Source: Octopus bimaculoides (taxonomy: Eukaryota). From it: DNA of 64,000 nucleotides. A program made the position numbers and the translations under genes. The notes beneath the pieces were generated by a model, which ran no database searches, was not told the DNA's origin, and was given only the letters and a program-made list of their open reading frames with translations. Positions 1-11,263 of the stretch are shown here, piece after piece. The first letter of the stretch is position 1, and each line of letters starts with the position of its first letter. The stretch is taken from assembly GCF_001194135.2 (NCBI RefSeq), contig NC_068984.1, forward strand, positions 140,833,861-140,897,860. The letters run 5' to 3'.

Positions 1-1
1 C

Positions 2-354
2 AGAATTCTGTTATACTGTCCTTCACTTCATTTTGGTTGGCTCTGCGTGGAGTTGGGGTGAATTTTAGTCCTTTTGAGAGGATGTCTATTTTTATGCTTG
101 AGAGAGGTTTGGTTGAGAGATTGATTATCTTCGGTTTTTTTCTGATTACTAGATTCCAGCCTGTGTCCTGGTGTCTCTGGCCTGGGGCTAAAAAATGTTG
201 TTTGTAATTTTGTTTGCATGAGCTGTCTGTTAGGTTATATGGGATTGGTTCGGGGGAATGGTAGTATTGTTGCCTTAGATTGTTATATGTGCGTGGGTGT
301 CTATGGGTGTTTTGGTTAGTGATGTGTGTAACTCTAGTATGTGGGATGTTTCTT
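2..354 (-). mobile_element. Penelope-like element (PLE) ORF, N-terminal region, running off the window edge
   Basis: Stop-free minus frame without ATG (missed by the ORF track) translates ...KKPKIINLSTKPLSSIKIDILSKGLKFTPTPRRANQNEVKDSITEF, matching the PLE N-terminal motif vINLS..LS..E..vL.KGL.F.PTP. Confidence 0.75.
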
Positions 355-370
355 GATATATATATATATA

Positions 371-535
371 TAGGGAGGATTCACAAAAAATAACAAAAGA
401 CAAAGACAGGTGGTGTTGAAAACAAACAGATGTATTAATATAATGCCCGGGAATTGAAAAAGCCTTTAACGTTTCGAGCCTACGCTCTTCCACAGAAAGA
501 AACAAGGAGAGAAAAAAAGGAGAGAAAAAATGTGT
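371..535 (-). mobile_element. PLE pseudo-LTR-like repeat (family P1), copy 1, carrying a minimal hammerhead
   Basis: Similar to 26325-26480 and 50508-50700; each abuts (TA)n; lies 5' of the PLE ORF on the same strand. Confidence 0.65.
463..500 (-). ncRNA. Minimal type I hammerhead ribozyme variant (A6U)
   Basis: Minus strand tcttt-CUGUGGA-A-GAG cguagg CUC-GAAAC-GUU-aaagg: stem I, stem II, GAAA, palindromic ACGU stem III, NUH triplet. Confidence 0.55.
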
Positions 536-544
536 GTATTGGTC

Positions 545-783
545 AGCGATATCATCATCATCATCATCATCGTTTAACGTCCGCTTTCCATGCTAGCATG
601 GGTTGGACGATTTGACTGAGGACTGGTGAAACCGGATGGCAACACCAGGCTCCAATCTAATTTGGCAGAGTTTCTACAGCTGGATGCCCTTCCTAACGCC
701 AACCACTCAGAGAGTGTAGTGGGTGCTTTTACGTGTCACCCGCACGAAAACGGCCACGCTCGAAATGGTGTCTTTTATGTGCC
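545..783 (-). mobile_element. RTE LINE 3' tail repeat (family E)
   Basis: Reverse complement of the 3' UTR that follows the RTE ORF at 2094-2372; (CAT)n end; CCATGCTAGCATGG palindrome; ends at an N-gap. Confidence 0.75.
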
Positions 784-1417
784 NNNNNNNNNNNNNNNNN
801 NNNNNNNNNNNNNNNNNNNNNNNNNNNNNNNNNNNNNNNNNNNNNNNNNNNNNNNNNNNNNNNNNNNNNNNNNNNNNNNNNNNNNNNNNNNNNNNNNNNN
901 NNNNNNNNNNNNNNNNNNNNNNNNNNNNNNNNNNNNNNNNNNNNNNNNNNNNNNNNNNNNNNNNNNNNNNNNNNNNNNNNNNNNNNNNNNNNNNNNNNNN
1001 NNNNNNNNNNNNNNNNNATATACACACAAATATATATCTATATACATACATATTTATATCTATCTATATTATACTAAGATTCAAAGTTTGTCTGTTTTCC
1101 TGCCATTTCATAAATAGAAATAGACACAAATAAAAATAGTCATTTTCCCCTTTAAGAATAAAAAAATCAAGTTGAAAAGAGTTGTCACAGCTACTGCCAT
1201 CTGTCCTTTTTTTTCTTACTTCGATTTTTCTTCCCTTAATCATTTATACAACTTTTGAGTGCCATGGACTGAAAGAGAAATTCTCCCTACATTGTTATGG
1301 GATATTTTTTTAATCATGGGTACTTGATTTTTTTTTTTCTTAAAGGGGAAAAATACTATTTTATTTAAAATTAAACATAAACCTTTATCCTCTTAATCAA
1401 AAGACAGAAAAACAGAG

Positions 1418-2000
1418 AGACTATCTCTTTATAGATGAACATCAGTTGCAATGGGAGGAGTCGAATCTCATAAGAATGGAAAAACAAACAATAACAATTG
1501 AGTTGTACCTTATAATGGAACTCTTTTGAGAGCATTCAAATGTCATTGAAATGTTGATATCATTGCCTCAGTGAGGTCAATTAAGTACGTCAGCAAGTAC
1601 ATGCTGAAAGGACCATCCAAAGCAGTTGCATCCATTTTAGGATTTTCAGTTCATGAAAGGGCACCTGCAGTAGTGAGACTGTGAGTTCATCTCCCAGATG
1701 AACAAAGAATATTGTTCAGAAATAATGAGGATTTGTATGGTTGTTAATGAATGACCTATGAGAACAACATTGACAGAATTCTTTTCATTGTACGTCAATC
1801 ATGACTTTGCAAAAACCTTACTTTATGCTGGAGTAACCATGTAGTTCACTTGGAACAGAAGTAACAAAGATTGGCAAAGAAGAAAGCGAGGAAAAAAAAT
1901 GTTTAAGTTCATTTAAATGCTTTCAAAGAAGAAACATTTGGTCATATCTATGTTGTCACACCAAAGGCAGGAGAACTGTGTTATTTAAGAATTTTTACTT
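1418..2000 (+). mobile_element. Helitron Rep/helicase pseudogene fragment
   Basis: Translates LSLYR*...N*VVPYNGTLLRAFKCH*NVDIIASVRSIKYVSKYMLKG...HERAPAVVRL*VHLPDEQ...LTEFF...FTW...WQRRK...YVVTPKAGELCYLR, the conserved Helitron region after the Rep motifs; several stops. Confidence 0.8.
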
Positions 2001-2090
2001 TCTTGCCATGCATCAACATTTTCAACTTGGAGTGGTTGTGACCCAACAGGTTACAGTGGATACATCTAATATATACATATATACATATAC

Positions 2091-3005
2091 GAATTGCTGA
2101 GAGACAAGTTGAACCTAAGAAGCATCAGTTGTGGTGTGCAAGAGAGACGATTGTGCTGGTATGGTCATGTGGCGAGAATGGATGAGGATAGCTGTGGGAA
2201 AAAGTGCCACACCCTAGCAGTTGAGGGAACCTGTGGAAGAGGTAGGCCCAGGAAGACCTGGAATGAGGTGGTGAGACACGACCTTCGAACATTGGGCCTC
2301 ACCAAGGCAATGACTTCTGACCAAGACCTTTGGAAATATGCTGTGCGTGAGAAAACCTGGCAAGCCAAGTGAGACCTAAATCCAAGGCCTCTGCCAGGGG
2401 TATAGCAAGCCCACTTATGCGTACCTTCCTTCATTGGAGACTAAACTCTGTTTGCGAAGACCTGTTGAGACAAGTGAAATCGAAATCGAACTAAATTCGA
2501 CGTCTGGCACCCATGCCAACATCGTCTCCTTCATTGGACACTAAACTCGGCTTGCGAAGACCTGTTGGGGCAAGCATAAGTGAAATCGTGACTGCACCTG
2601 TACCCAGCGTTGCCTTCCTAGCACTTGTAAAGACATTTGAGCGAGATCGTTGCCAGTGCCGCTGGACTGGTTCCTGTGCAGGTGGCATGTAAAATACACC
2701 ATTTTGAGCATGGCCGTTGCCAGTACCGCCTGACTGGCCTTCATGCCGGTGGCACCTAAAAGCACCCACTACACTCTCAGAGTGGTTGGCGTTAGGAAGG
2801 GCATCCAGCTGTAGNNNNNNNNNNGGTGGCACCTAAAAGCACCCACTACACTCTCAGAGTGGTTGGCGTTAGGAAGGGCATCCAGCTGTAGAAACTCTGC
2901 CAAATCAGATTGGAGCCTGGTGTAGCCATCCGGTTGCACCAGTCCTCAGTCAAATCATCCAACCCATGCTAGCATGGAAAGCAGACATTAAACAATGATG
3001 TTGAT
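2091..3005 (+). mobile_element. 5'-truncated RTE-clade LINE: ORF2 C-terminus plus 3' UTR and (GAT)n tail
   Basis: ORF 2094-2372 RLCWYGHVARMDED...VEGTCGRGRPRKTWNEVVRHDLRTLGL...DLWKYAV is typical RTE C-terminal sequence; followed by a UTR with internal duplications. Confidence 0.85.
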
Positions 3006-3013
3006 GAACAATC

Positions 3014-3246
3014 ATCATCATCATCATCATCGTTTAACGTCCGCTTTCCATGCTAGCATGGGTTGGACGATTTGACTGAGGACTGGTGCAACCGGATGGC
3101 TACACCAGGCTCCAATCTAATTTGGCAGAGTTTCTACAGCTGGATGCCCTTCCTAACGCCAACCACTCAGAGAGTGTAGTGGGTGCTTTTACGTGTCACC
3201 CGCACGAAAATGGCCACACTCGAAATGGTGTCTTTTATGTGCCACC
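3014..3246 (-). mobile_element. RTE 3' tail repeat, tail-to-tail with the 2091-3005 copy
   Basis: Near-identical to 545-783; ends at an N-gap. Confidence 0.8.
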
Positions 3247-4564
3247 NNNNNNNNNNNNNNNNNNNNNNNNNNNNNNNNNNNNNNNNNNNNNNNNNNNNNN
3301 NNNNNNNNNNNNNNNNNNNNNNNNNNNNNNNNNNNNNNNNNNNNNNNNNNNNNNNNNNNNNNNNNNNNNNNNNNNNNNNNNNNNNNNNNNNNNNNNNNNN
3401 NNNNNNNNNNNNNNNNNNNNNNNNNNNNNNNNNNNNNNNNNNNNNNNNNNNNNNNNNNNNNNNNNNNNNNNNNNNNNNNNNNNNNNNNNNNNNNNNNNNN
3501 NNNNNNNNNNNNNNNNNNNNNNNNNNNNNNNNNNNNNNNNNNNNNNNNNNNNNNNNNNNNNNNNNNNNNNNNNNNNNNNNNNNNNNNNNNNNNNNNNNNN
3601 NNNNNNNNNNNNNNNNNNNNNNNNNNNNNNNNNNNNNNNNNNNNNNNNNNNNNNNNNNNNNNNNNNNNNNNNNNNNNNNNNNNNNNNNNNNNNNNNNNNN
3701 NNNNNNNNNNNNNNNNNNNNNNNNNNNNNNNNNNNNNNNNNNNNNNNNNNNNNNNNNNNNNNNNNNNNNNNNNNNNNNNNNNNNNNNNNNNNNNNNNNNN
3801 NNNNNNNNNNNNNNNNNNNNNNNNNNNNNNNNNNNNNNNNNNNNNNNNNNNNNNNNNNNNNNNNNNNNNNNNNNNNNNNNNNNNNNNNNNNNNNNNNNNN
3901 NNNNNTATATATATATAGAATTAAAGGTAATGCTATGCCACTTTGTAACAAACCTTATCATTATTATTATTATTGTTGATATTTATATATACACACACAT
4001 ATATACGCATATATATGTATATATATGGATATATAATAATAAATATATCTACTTCCATTCCTTTAAGCTTTATTCCAATTCACCTATCGCTCTATATCTC
4101 TCCACTATTAGTTTTCTGCTAATTTCTTTCTTTCTCCTCCTTCTCTTTCTATAATCTACCTTGATGTTGTACCTACTAATGGTTTTTTTAAAAAACTTGA
4201 TAGCATTCCCCTCATCATATTTGCAGTCATCACATTCTGTTAAAATGCCTTACTGATGTGTTTGATTTCTTTCTTTCCCTGATGAGAAGATGGCGTTGTT
4301 TTACACCATTTTATTCCTTCTGGAATAATACCAATATTTTCTTTGAAACATATGACAATGACAATGATAATGATGATGATGATGACAATGATGATCAGGA
4401 CGATGATGATTGTAGATATGCACTGTAAAGATGAAGAGGTTAATATCATGGATTATTGTTTCTATGTATTAATGTGTTGGACGATTTCACCAGTCCTCAG
4501 TCAAATCGTCCAACCCATGCTAGCATGGAAAGCGGACGTTAAACGATGATGATGATGATGAATG

Positions 4565-5000
4565 TGGTGAGCTGGCAGAATCCTTAGCTCACTGAGCAAG
4601 ATGCTTAGTAGCATTTCATCCATCTATAGGTTCTGAGTTCAAATTCCACCAAGGGTGACCTTACCTTTCATCCTTTCAGGGTTGATTAAATAAGTACCAG
4701 TTGGGTATTGGGGTTGATGTAATCGACTTACCCACTCTCTCGAAATTGCTGGCCTTGTGCCAAAATATGAAACTAGTTTTACATAAGTAATTAAGATGGC
4801 AAACTGGCAGAATTGTTAGCATGCTAGAAAAAAAATGCTTAACAGCATTTTGTCAATCAGTATGTTCCAAGTTCAAATTTTGCCAAGGTTGACTCTGTCT
4901 TTCATCTTTTGGGGGCCAATAAAATAAGTAACAGGCTCAACATAATTGATTTACCCATGCCCTCGAAATTGTCAGTCTTTTGCCAAAAATTGAAATCAAT
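4565..5000 (+). mobile_element. Two tandem tRNA-derived SINEs (family A)
   Basis: gagctggcagaa (A-box-like) ... gagttcaaattcc (B-box-like) ... cctttcatcctttc ... aagtaccagt; more than 20 copies in the window. Confidence 0.7.
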
Positions 5001-5211
5001 ATAGTTTCTAATATAGGCAGGAGATCATCAATTTGAGGGGAAGGGCTAGTCAATGAAATTGAGCTGAGGATTTGACTGGTATTCTATTTTATGAACCCCC
5101 AGGGGAGTGAAGCTCAAATTTGAAGCAGGACAAATACCACTAACCATTTTATGATTCTGCAACAGAAAACATTTTAGATATTTTGAGATTTAGATATATC
5201 ATATTTTAATG

Positions 5212-5352
5212 TTGGCGTTAGGAAGGGCATCCAGCTGTAGAAACTCTGCCAAATCAGACTGGAGCCTGGTGTTGCCATCCGGTTTCACCAGTCCTCAGTC
5301 AAATCGTCCAACCCATGCTAGCATGGAAAGCGGACGTTAAACGATGATGATG
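5212..5352 (+). mobile_element. RTE 3' tail repeat
   Basis: gttggcgttaggaagggcatcc...ccatgctagcatgg...(gat)n. Confidence 0.75.
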
Positions 5353-5985
5353 AAGGAACCCTTTTTTGTCAAAAATTAGGTTAAGAAAATGTGAGAGTTT
5401 CTTATACAAGGATAGTATTATAATCCCTTACAAAAGCTTTTTCCCAAATTTTAAGCCCCAAAACTATGAACTTCATGAAACATGGCACAGTTTAGCCATA
5501 AATGTAATAAGCATTGGGGGGAACACCGTCAAAGTCATGAGTGTTTCATGAAGTCACAATACTGTACTAGATTATGCTTATGTTTGTATTGAAGTGAAGG
5601 AACAGCATGAAGACGATGACAACGATGACGATGACGACAACAATAACAGCAACAACGACAATAATGGGGCAGGGAAACAAAACAATGCCAATGACGATGA
5701 TGACAGAACGAAGAAAAAAGTAACAATGTCGATAAAAATAGCAACAAAAACAAAATAGAATAAAACATTTTCAACATCAATAAGTGCAAAAAGTAGTAAT
5801 AAATAGCATAAACAATCGTAGCAACAACAACAGCGAGAACAACAATGAAATTCACCAGAACAACAACAATAGTATATTTACTAGTTATGGGTGGACCAAT
5901 AAGTTAGGACACATAAATTTCTGATTAGTCTCAGCCACCACTCCCACTCCGCCCACCACCACATGGGTTCCTTTTATATGTTATA

Positions 5986-6027
5986 CACAGTTAACATGTA
6001 TAAGGAACCTTATACATGTTAACTGTG
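5986..6027. repeat. Perfect palindrome, 20-bp arms and 2-nt spacer
   Basis: cacagttaacatgtataagg-aa-ccttatacatgttaactgtg. Confidence 0.9.
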
Positions 6028-6160
6028 CATAAGGAAGCGCCGCTGCCACTGACATCCCCTAAATACACACTATAGTGATTGTCAAGTAGTTTTCTATACA
6101 ACTAGGATGTTACTATACATATACCATTGTATTAGTGGCGCAATCACACACCACCCACAC

Positions 6161-6197
<37 letters not shown>

Positions 6198-6475
6198 CTC
6201 ACAAACAGACTCCCAGAGACTCATATACACACATACATACATCTCTTTTGATGGGAAAACTCCTAATAGCTCAACAACAACTGACGACAGACAACTAGTT
6301 TCATAATAACAATAATAATGGTTTGTAATAGAGGTGCAAGCCCTGAAATTTGTAGGAAGAGGAGGGCTTGATTACATTGACCCCTAATGACAAGGTTAAC
6401 CTTTTTGGGGTTTGAACCCAAAGTGTATAGAGGCTGAAACAAACACTGCTTGTCCAACATCCTAACATGATGATG

Positions 6476-6518
<43 letters not shown>

Positions 6519-6519
6519 T

Positions 6520-6960
6520 CCCTTCTATTGTAGGCACAAGGCCTGAAATTTTGGTGGGAGGAGACTAGCTGATTACATCGACCCCAATGTTTCACTGGTA
6601 CTCAATTTATCAACCCTGAAAGGGTGAAAGCAAAGTCGACCTCGGTGGAATTTGAACTCAGAACATAAAGACGGACGAAATACTGCTCTGCATTTCGCCC
6701 AGTGTGCTAACAATTCTGCCAGCTCACCACTGTAACAATAATAATAATAATAACAACAATAATGGTTTCAAATTTTGGCACAAGGCCAGCAATTCTGGGG
6801 AGGGAGGAAGTCAATTACATCGACCCCAGTGCTTAACTGGTACTTATTTTACAAACCCTAAAAGGATAAAATGCAAACGTGACCTTGGCAGAATTTGAAC
6901 TCAGAACGTAGCTACAGATGAAATGCTACTAAGCATTTCACCCAGCATGCTTACAATTCT
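6520..6960 (-). mobile_element. Two family A SINEs separated by (AAT)n
   Basis: Reverse-complement family A motifs (gaatttgaactcag, ttctgccagctcacc). Confidence 0.7.
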
Positions 6961-7860
6961 GGGTAAACAAGTGCAGCCTTCTGCAGCCTTTGATGTAAAT
7001 GTTAATATATATTTTTTAAAACCTTGATTTTTTTTTGTCTATAGTTTTTATGCATAAANNNNNNNNNNNNNNNNNNNNNNNNNNNNNNNNNNNNNNNNNN
7101 NNNNNNNNNNNNNNNNNNNNNNNNNNNNNNNNNNNNNNCACATAGATGAGAGGAAAAATGACTGTGTTCAGTGATGTCACTCCCAGAAATTGGAAGCATT
7201 TTTCTATGAATCTAATGAATATAAACTTAAAGCAACATGGCTATAAAGACAACATTTCCCTGTCAGACACGCCAGCCTAGTGGGAGTGAGTGATTTCCCG
7301 CGTGATACATGCAGAGGTCTTGTCTCGTCTACCTCCTTGCTGTGGTCTGCGCTACGTACTACTCGGCTAACTGTAGTCGTGACTAAGTTCATAGTGACTT
7401 GTGAGATTGTAAGTCTGAGTTCGTTACAGCCTCATTTGAAAGCGTACATTTATCAGCGCATGCATTGTTTTGCAAACTTCGTTTTTTTATCACTGAGACT
7501 TAATTAGTAACAATGATCGAATTCATTGCTACTCTGTTAGGCCTACTGCACACTGTTCCAGATAAAACGGTCTTAGATAAGACACAATCAATCAGCATCC
7601 AAAACCATGTTCTTGGAATCTTGGTCATGACTTTAGCAATTGTCATTGTTTTGATTGAAAAACCATCAATATTTGACATTATTTCTATATTAATTAAGTA
7701 AGGATAAATAATAGTACTAATTACTGAAAAGAATATTACGAATCTAGATGATATTTATTCTCGAATGGTAGTGACAATTGCCAAATTCAAAACCAAGAAT
7801 ATGGTTTTGGATGCAGGTTTATCGTATTTTGTCTGAGATCGTTTTTTCTGGGTCAGTATC

Positions 7861-8325
7861 TCTGGATCTTTTGAAGAATACAAGTCAGTTTGAGACTCAT
7901 TAGTAGAAGAATACAACAAAAGATTCAGTGATTTTGAAAAGCATAACATCATTCTGAAACTTGCTTTTCAGCTTCACTTAGTTGATGCACCAAAGGCTCC
8001 TGAGGAATTACAAATAGAGCTTATTGAAATGTCTGAAGATAATATCCTGAAATCTCAGTTTGACAACAGTGACGATCCCATTGAAATTTGGAAAAAGGCA
8101 ATAGAATATCCTTGTCTTTGTGAACACGCATGCTGACAGATTTCCTGCTTTTCTACAATATGCTGTTGCGAATCCACATTCTTGTACTTGACGCAAATCA
8201 AGAATTCACTGGGAATACAGTTGACAGATGAGTATTTAGAGGACCAATTGATACTAAGAACCACTATGTTAGAACTTGATATCAAAATGCTTTCTCAAAA
8301 AAAGCATACTCAAAGAAGTCATTAA
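7861..8325 (+). mobile_element. hAT (Buster/Charlie/SPIN-type) transposase C-terminal dimerisation region, pseudogenised
   Basis: EEYNKRFSDFE...APEELQIELIEM...YPCL...FSTICCCESTFLYLTQIKNSL..QLTDEYLEDQL...LDIKMLSQKKHTQRSH*; two in-frame stops. Confidence 0.8.
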
Positions 8326-8714
8326 TTTGAATAAAGAGTAAATACACGCCAAAAAGAAATATTTCAAAATTTCATATTCTCGGTCTTTATAAGCTTGACT
8401 TTTTTTTAAAAGATTATTATTCATTTATTTATTAAAAAAAAGTTCTTACTTAAGTAAAATATTTAAAAATGTCATATTTCCAATTTTTATTCACCTGTCT
8501 CTTTTTTTTGATGATATTACTATCAAATTACTTAACAGCCCAAGCCTAGGGATAAAATGACAAAAAAAAAAAAAAATATTTGTTCAATGCAGCTTCTATG
8601 AGGGGCGATGAATTGTAAGGTGGCCTTCATGAGCAAAAAGGTTCCCCACCCTGGATCTAACCCATGCCAGCATGGAAAGTGGACGTTAAATGATGATGAT
8701 GATGTATATGTGAT

Positions 8715-9303
8715 ATGCAGAACTGATAAAACAACTGAGAGTGACAAATGCAGAATGTGTGGTGAGATGGGTGAAGCTGTGTGGCACATTGTTAATGAAT
8801 GCCCCAAATTGGCACAACACGAACACAAAAGGTGACATTACAATGTGGTAAGAATGATACATTGGAAGCTTTGTGGAAATTATGGCCTGCCTAGAATGAT
8901 CAAAGACGTAATATGATCCATTCTCAGAAGGAATTACTCAAGATATGGAATGTAAAATACTGTGGGATGCAATGATTCAGTGCAACCATCAGATTAAACA
9001 TCAAAAACCTGACAAAAACCATGCTTGATAATTGATATGTCATGTCCTGCTGACAACAGTACTAAAATGAAAAAAGAAGAAAAAGTGAACAACTGGGATG
9101 AATTGAGGTGGGAAATACACAGGCTGTGGGCAATGAAGAAAGTGGATGTGACAGTAATAGGGATTGGCATGATTGGAAGTACCAGCACTCAACTAGCTAT
9201 GTGCCTCAAAAAGATTGCAATGAATGTAAAGGTAGAACACCTACAAAAACCATCATTGCTAGAAACTGCAAGAATCCTCCACAGGGTTCTTGAAGCAACT
9301 TAG
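8715..9303 (+). mobile_element. R4/Dong/Rex6-like non-LTR retrotransposon C-terminus (CCHC knuckle plus restriction-like endonuclease)
   Basis: CRMCGEMGEAVWHIVNECPKLAQHEHKR*H...ILWD...KPD...IIDMSCPAD...KEEKV..W.EL..EI.RLWAMKKV.V..IG...LQKPSLLETARILHRVL; frameshifted. Confidence 0.8.
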
Positions 9304-9339
9304 TCTGCTGGCTGTGGACAGCTGACACACTCCATCATA

Positions 9340-9735
9340 CCATCATCATCATTGTTTAACATCCGCTTTCCATGCTAGCATGGGTTGGACGATTTGACTG
9401 AGGACTGGTGAAACCAGATGGCTACACCAGGCTCCAATCTGATCTGGCAGAGTTTCTACAGCTGGATGCCCTTCCTAACGCCAACCACTCTGAGAGTGTA
9501 GTAGGCAACGGCTACGCTCAAAATGGTGTATTTTACGTGCCACCTGCACAGGAGCCAGTCCGGCGGCACTGGCAACGATCTCACTCGAATGTCTTTACAC
9601 GTGCCATCCGGCACAAGTGCCATAAGGATTTCGCTTTCGCTTGCCCCAACAGGTCCTCGCAAGCCGAGTTTCGTGTCCAATAAAGGAGACAACGTTGGCA
9701 TGGGTGCCAGTCGTTGAATTTAATTCGATTTCATA
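9340..9735 (-). mobile_element. RTE 3' UTR/tail repeat (longer copy)
   Basis: Matches the reverse complement of 2480-3005. Confidence 0.75.
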
Positions 9736-10289
9736 AAATAAAGCTGAGATCCTTCATGATAATAATTATAACCGTTTCTAAATAATGATTAACGTTAGAT
9801 AATGATGGTTTCTAATTAGGCACTAGGCTAGCAATTTTGAGTGATGGTTGTTAGTAAATAACCCATCAACCCTAGTACTTTTTTACTTTTGAAGTATGAA
9901 CAAGATATGTCTTGATTCTTTTTTCTTTGTTTTTTTTTTTGTAGTTTGTTTTTATGTTACTTATAAATAGAAAGCGTTTTTCTCTGAATTATATTTTTCA
10001 AACAAATTTATGATTCTGTCTCCCCCTGCAACCAAGTCAACCAAGTGGTTGAATGGCATGGTTAGTGCAGCGTATAAGAGGAAATAATAGAATAGTCACG
10101 GGTTGAATGTTTTCTATTGAACGTATATTAAATGGGAAATGACATGGCAGCTGTAAGTTAGCCTTGATAGAAATAGGTGTCACTCCTCCCACAAACCACA
10201 CTTGACTGTTGCACGTATGTAGAAGTCAACAAAGCAAGACGTTTATGTGCTACCTTCACACACACACATACACAAACAAATGTGAACAG

Positions 10290-10620
10290 ATGTAGCTGTG
10301 TGGTAAGTAGCTTGCTTACCAACCACATGGTTCCGGGTTCATTCCCACTGCGTGGCACCTTGGGGGAAAATGTCTTCTACTATAGCTTCGGGCCGACCAA
10401 AGCCTTGTGAGTGGATTTGGTAGACCGAAACTGAAAGAAGCCCATCGTATATATATATGTATATATGTGTATGTATACGTGTATGTATGTTTGTATGTCT
10501 GTGTTTGTCCCCCCAGCATTGCTTGACAACCGATGGTGGTGCGTTTACGTCCCCGTAACTTAATGGTTCGGCGAAAGAGACCGATAGAATAAGTTCTAGG
10601 CTTCCAAAGAATAAGAATAT
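10290..10620 (+). mobile_element. tRNA-derived CORE-like SINE (family B)
   Basis: gctgtgtggtaag (A box) ... ggttcattccc (B box) ... gcaccttgggc/gaaa (CORE-like), internal microsatellite, conserved 3' part; more than 15 copies. Confidence 0.7.
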
Positions 10621-10622
10621 AT

Positions 10623-10657
<35 letters not shown>

Positions 10658-10822
10658 CATACATATATATACTTTATTAAAAAGCAGCAAAAATGTCACA
10701 AAAACTGTTACTCAGAGTTTCACATTTCCGCTCGTCAAGACAATTTTGTTTACTCTACCTCTGGTATTCAAGTACTATTTTTTCCACCTTATTTTAGATT
10801 TATGTTCTTACTCTGGCGTACA

Positions 10823-10920
10823 TTATATAAATCAGGGCCAAAGGATCTGTGTGGTAATTTTCGTGGGATTTTGCTTTTGTCTGTCGTAGGAAAGGTACTT
10901 GTTCGCATTTTGTTAGAGTG
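10823..10920 (+). mobile_element. RTE RT-domain fragment
   Basis: LYKSGPKDLCGNFRGILLLSVVGKVLVRILL matches the RT start consensus (C.NYRGISLLS..GK.l.ril). Confidence 0.7.
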
Positions 10921-11104
10921 GTTGGTGTTAGGAAAGGCATCCAGTCGCAGAAAACCATGCCAAATCAGATTGGAGTCTGGTGCAGCTTTCCAGCATGCCA
11001 ACCCAGTCAAACTGTCCAACCCATGCCAGCATGGACAACGGATGTTAAATGCTGCTGCTGCTGATGATGATGATGATGAAATATGCACACACATACATAT
11101 GCAA

Positions 11105-11145
<41 letters not shown>

Positions 11146-11263
11146 CATTGCAAGCATACATACATACATACAGGCAGACATACATACATACATATATATA
11201 TGCAAAGATGTGCGCATACACAAATACACTCATACATATATACAGGTTATTACGCCTAAGTGA

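Noticed and set aside
612-645. CTGAGGA-ctggt-GAAAC in the RTE tail resembles an HHR core
   Set aside because: No stem II, no NUH or stem I pairing, and GAAA is not conserved among the many copies
626-1133. Long ORFs spanning N runs (also 3086-4154, 12556-13320, 31359-32012, 44981-45475, 51682-52643)
   Set aside because: They stay open only because N codons translate as X; the flanks are repeats or microsatellites
2395-2450. Possible HDV-like ribozyme in the RTE 3' UTR (GGGGTAT/GTACCTT P1-like pairing)
   Set aside because: No room for P2, and J1/4 reads CC rather than GG; the topology does not close
2766-2885. Direct duplication around the 10-N gap
   Set aside because: Identical sequence on both sides of a tiny gap; most likely an assembly overlap artefact
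4277-4330. CTGATGA followed by a GAAG/CTTC stem
   Set aside because: No GAAA after the stem and no stem I
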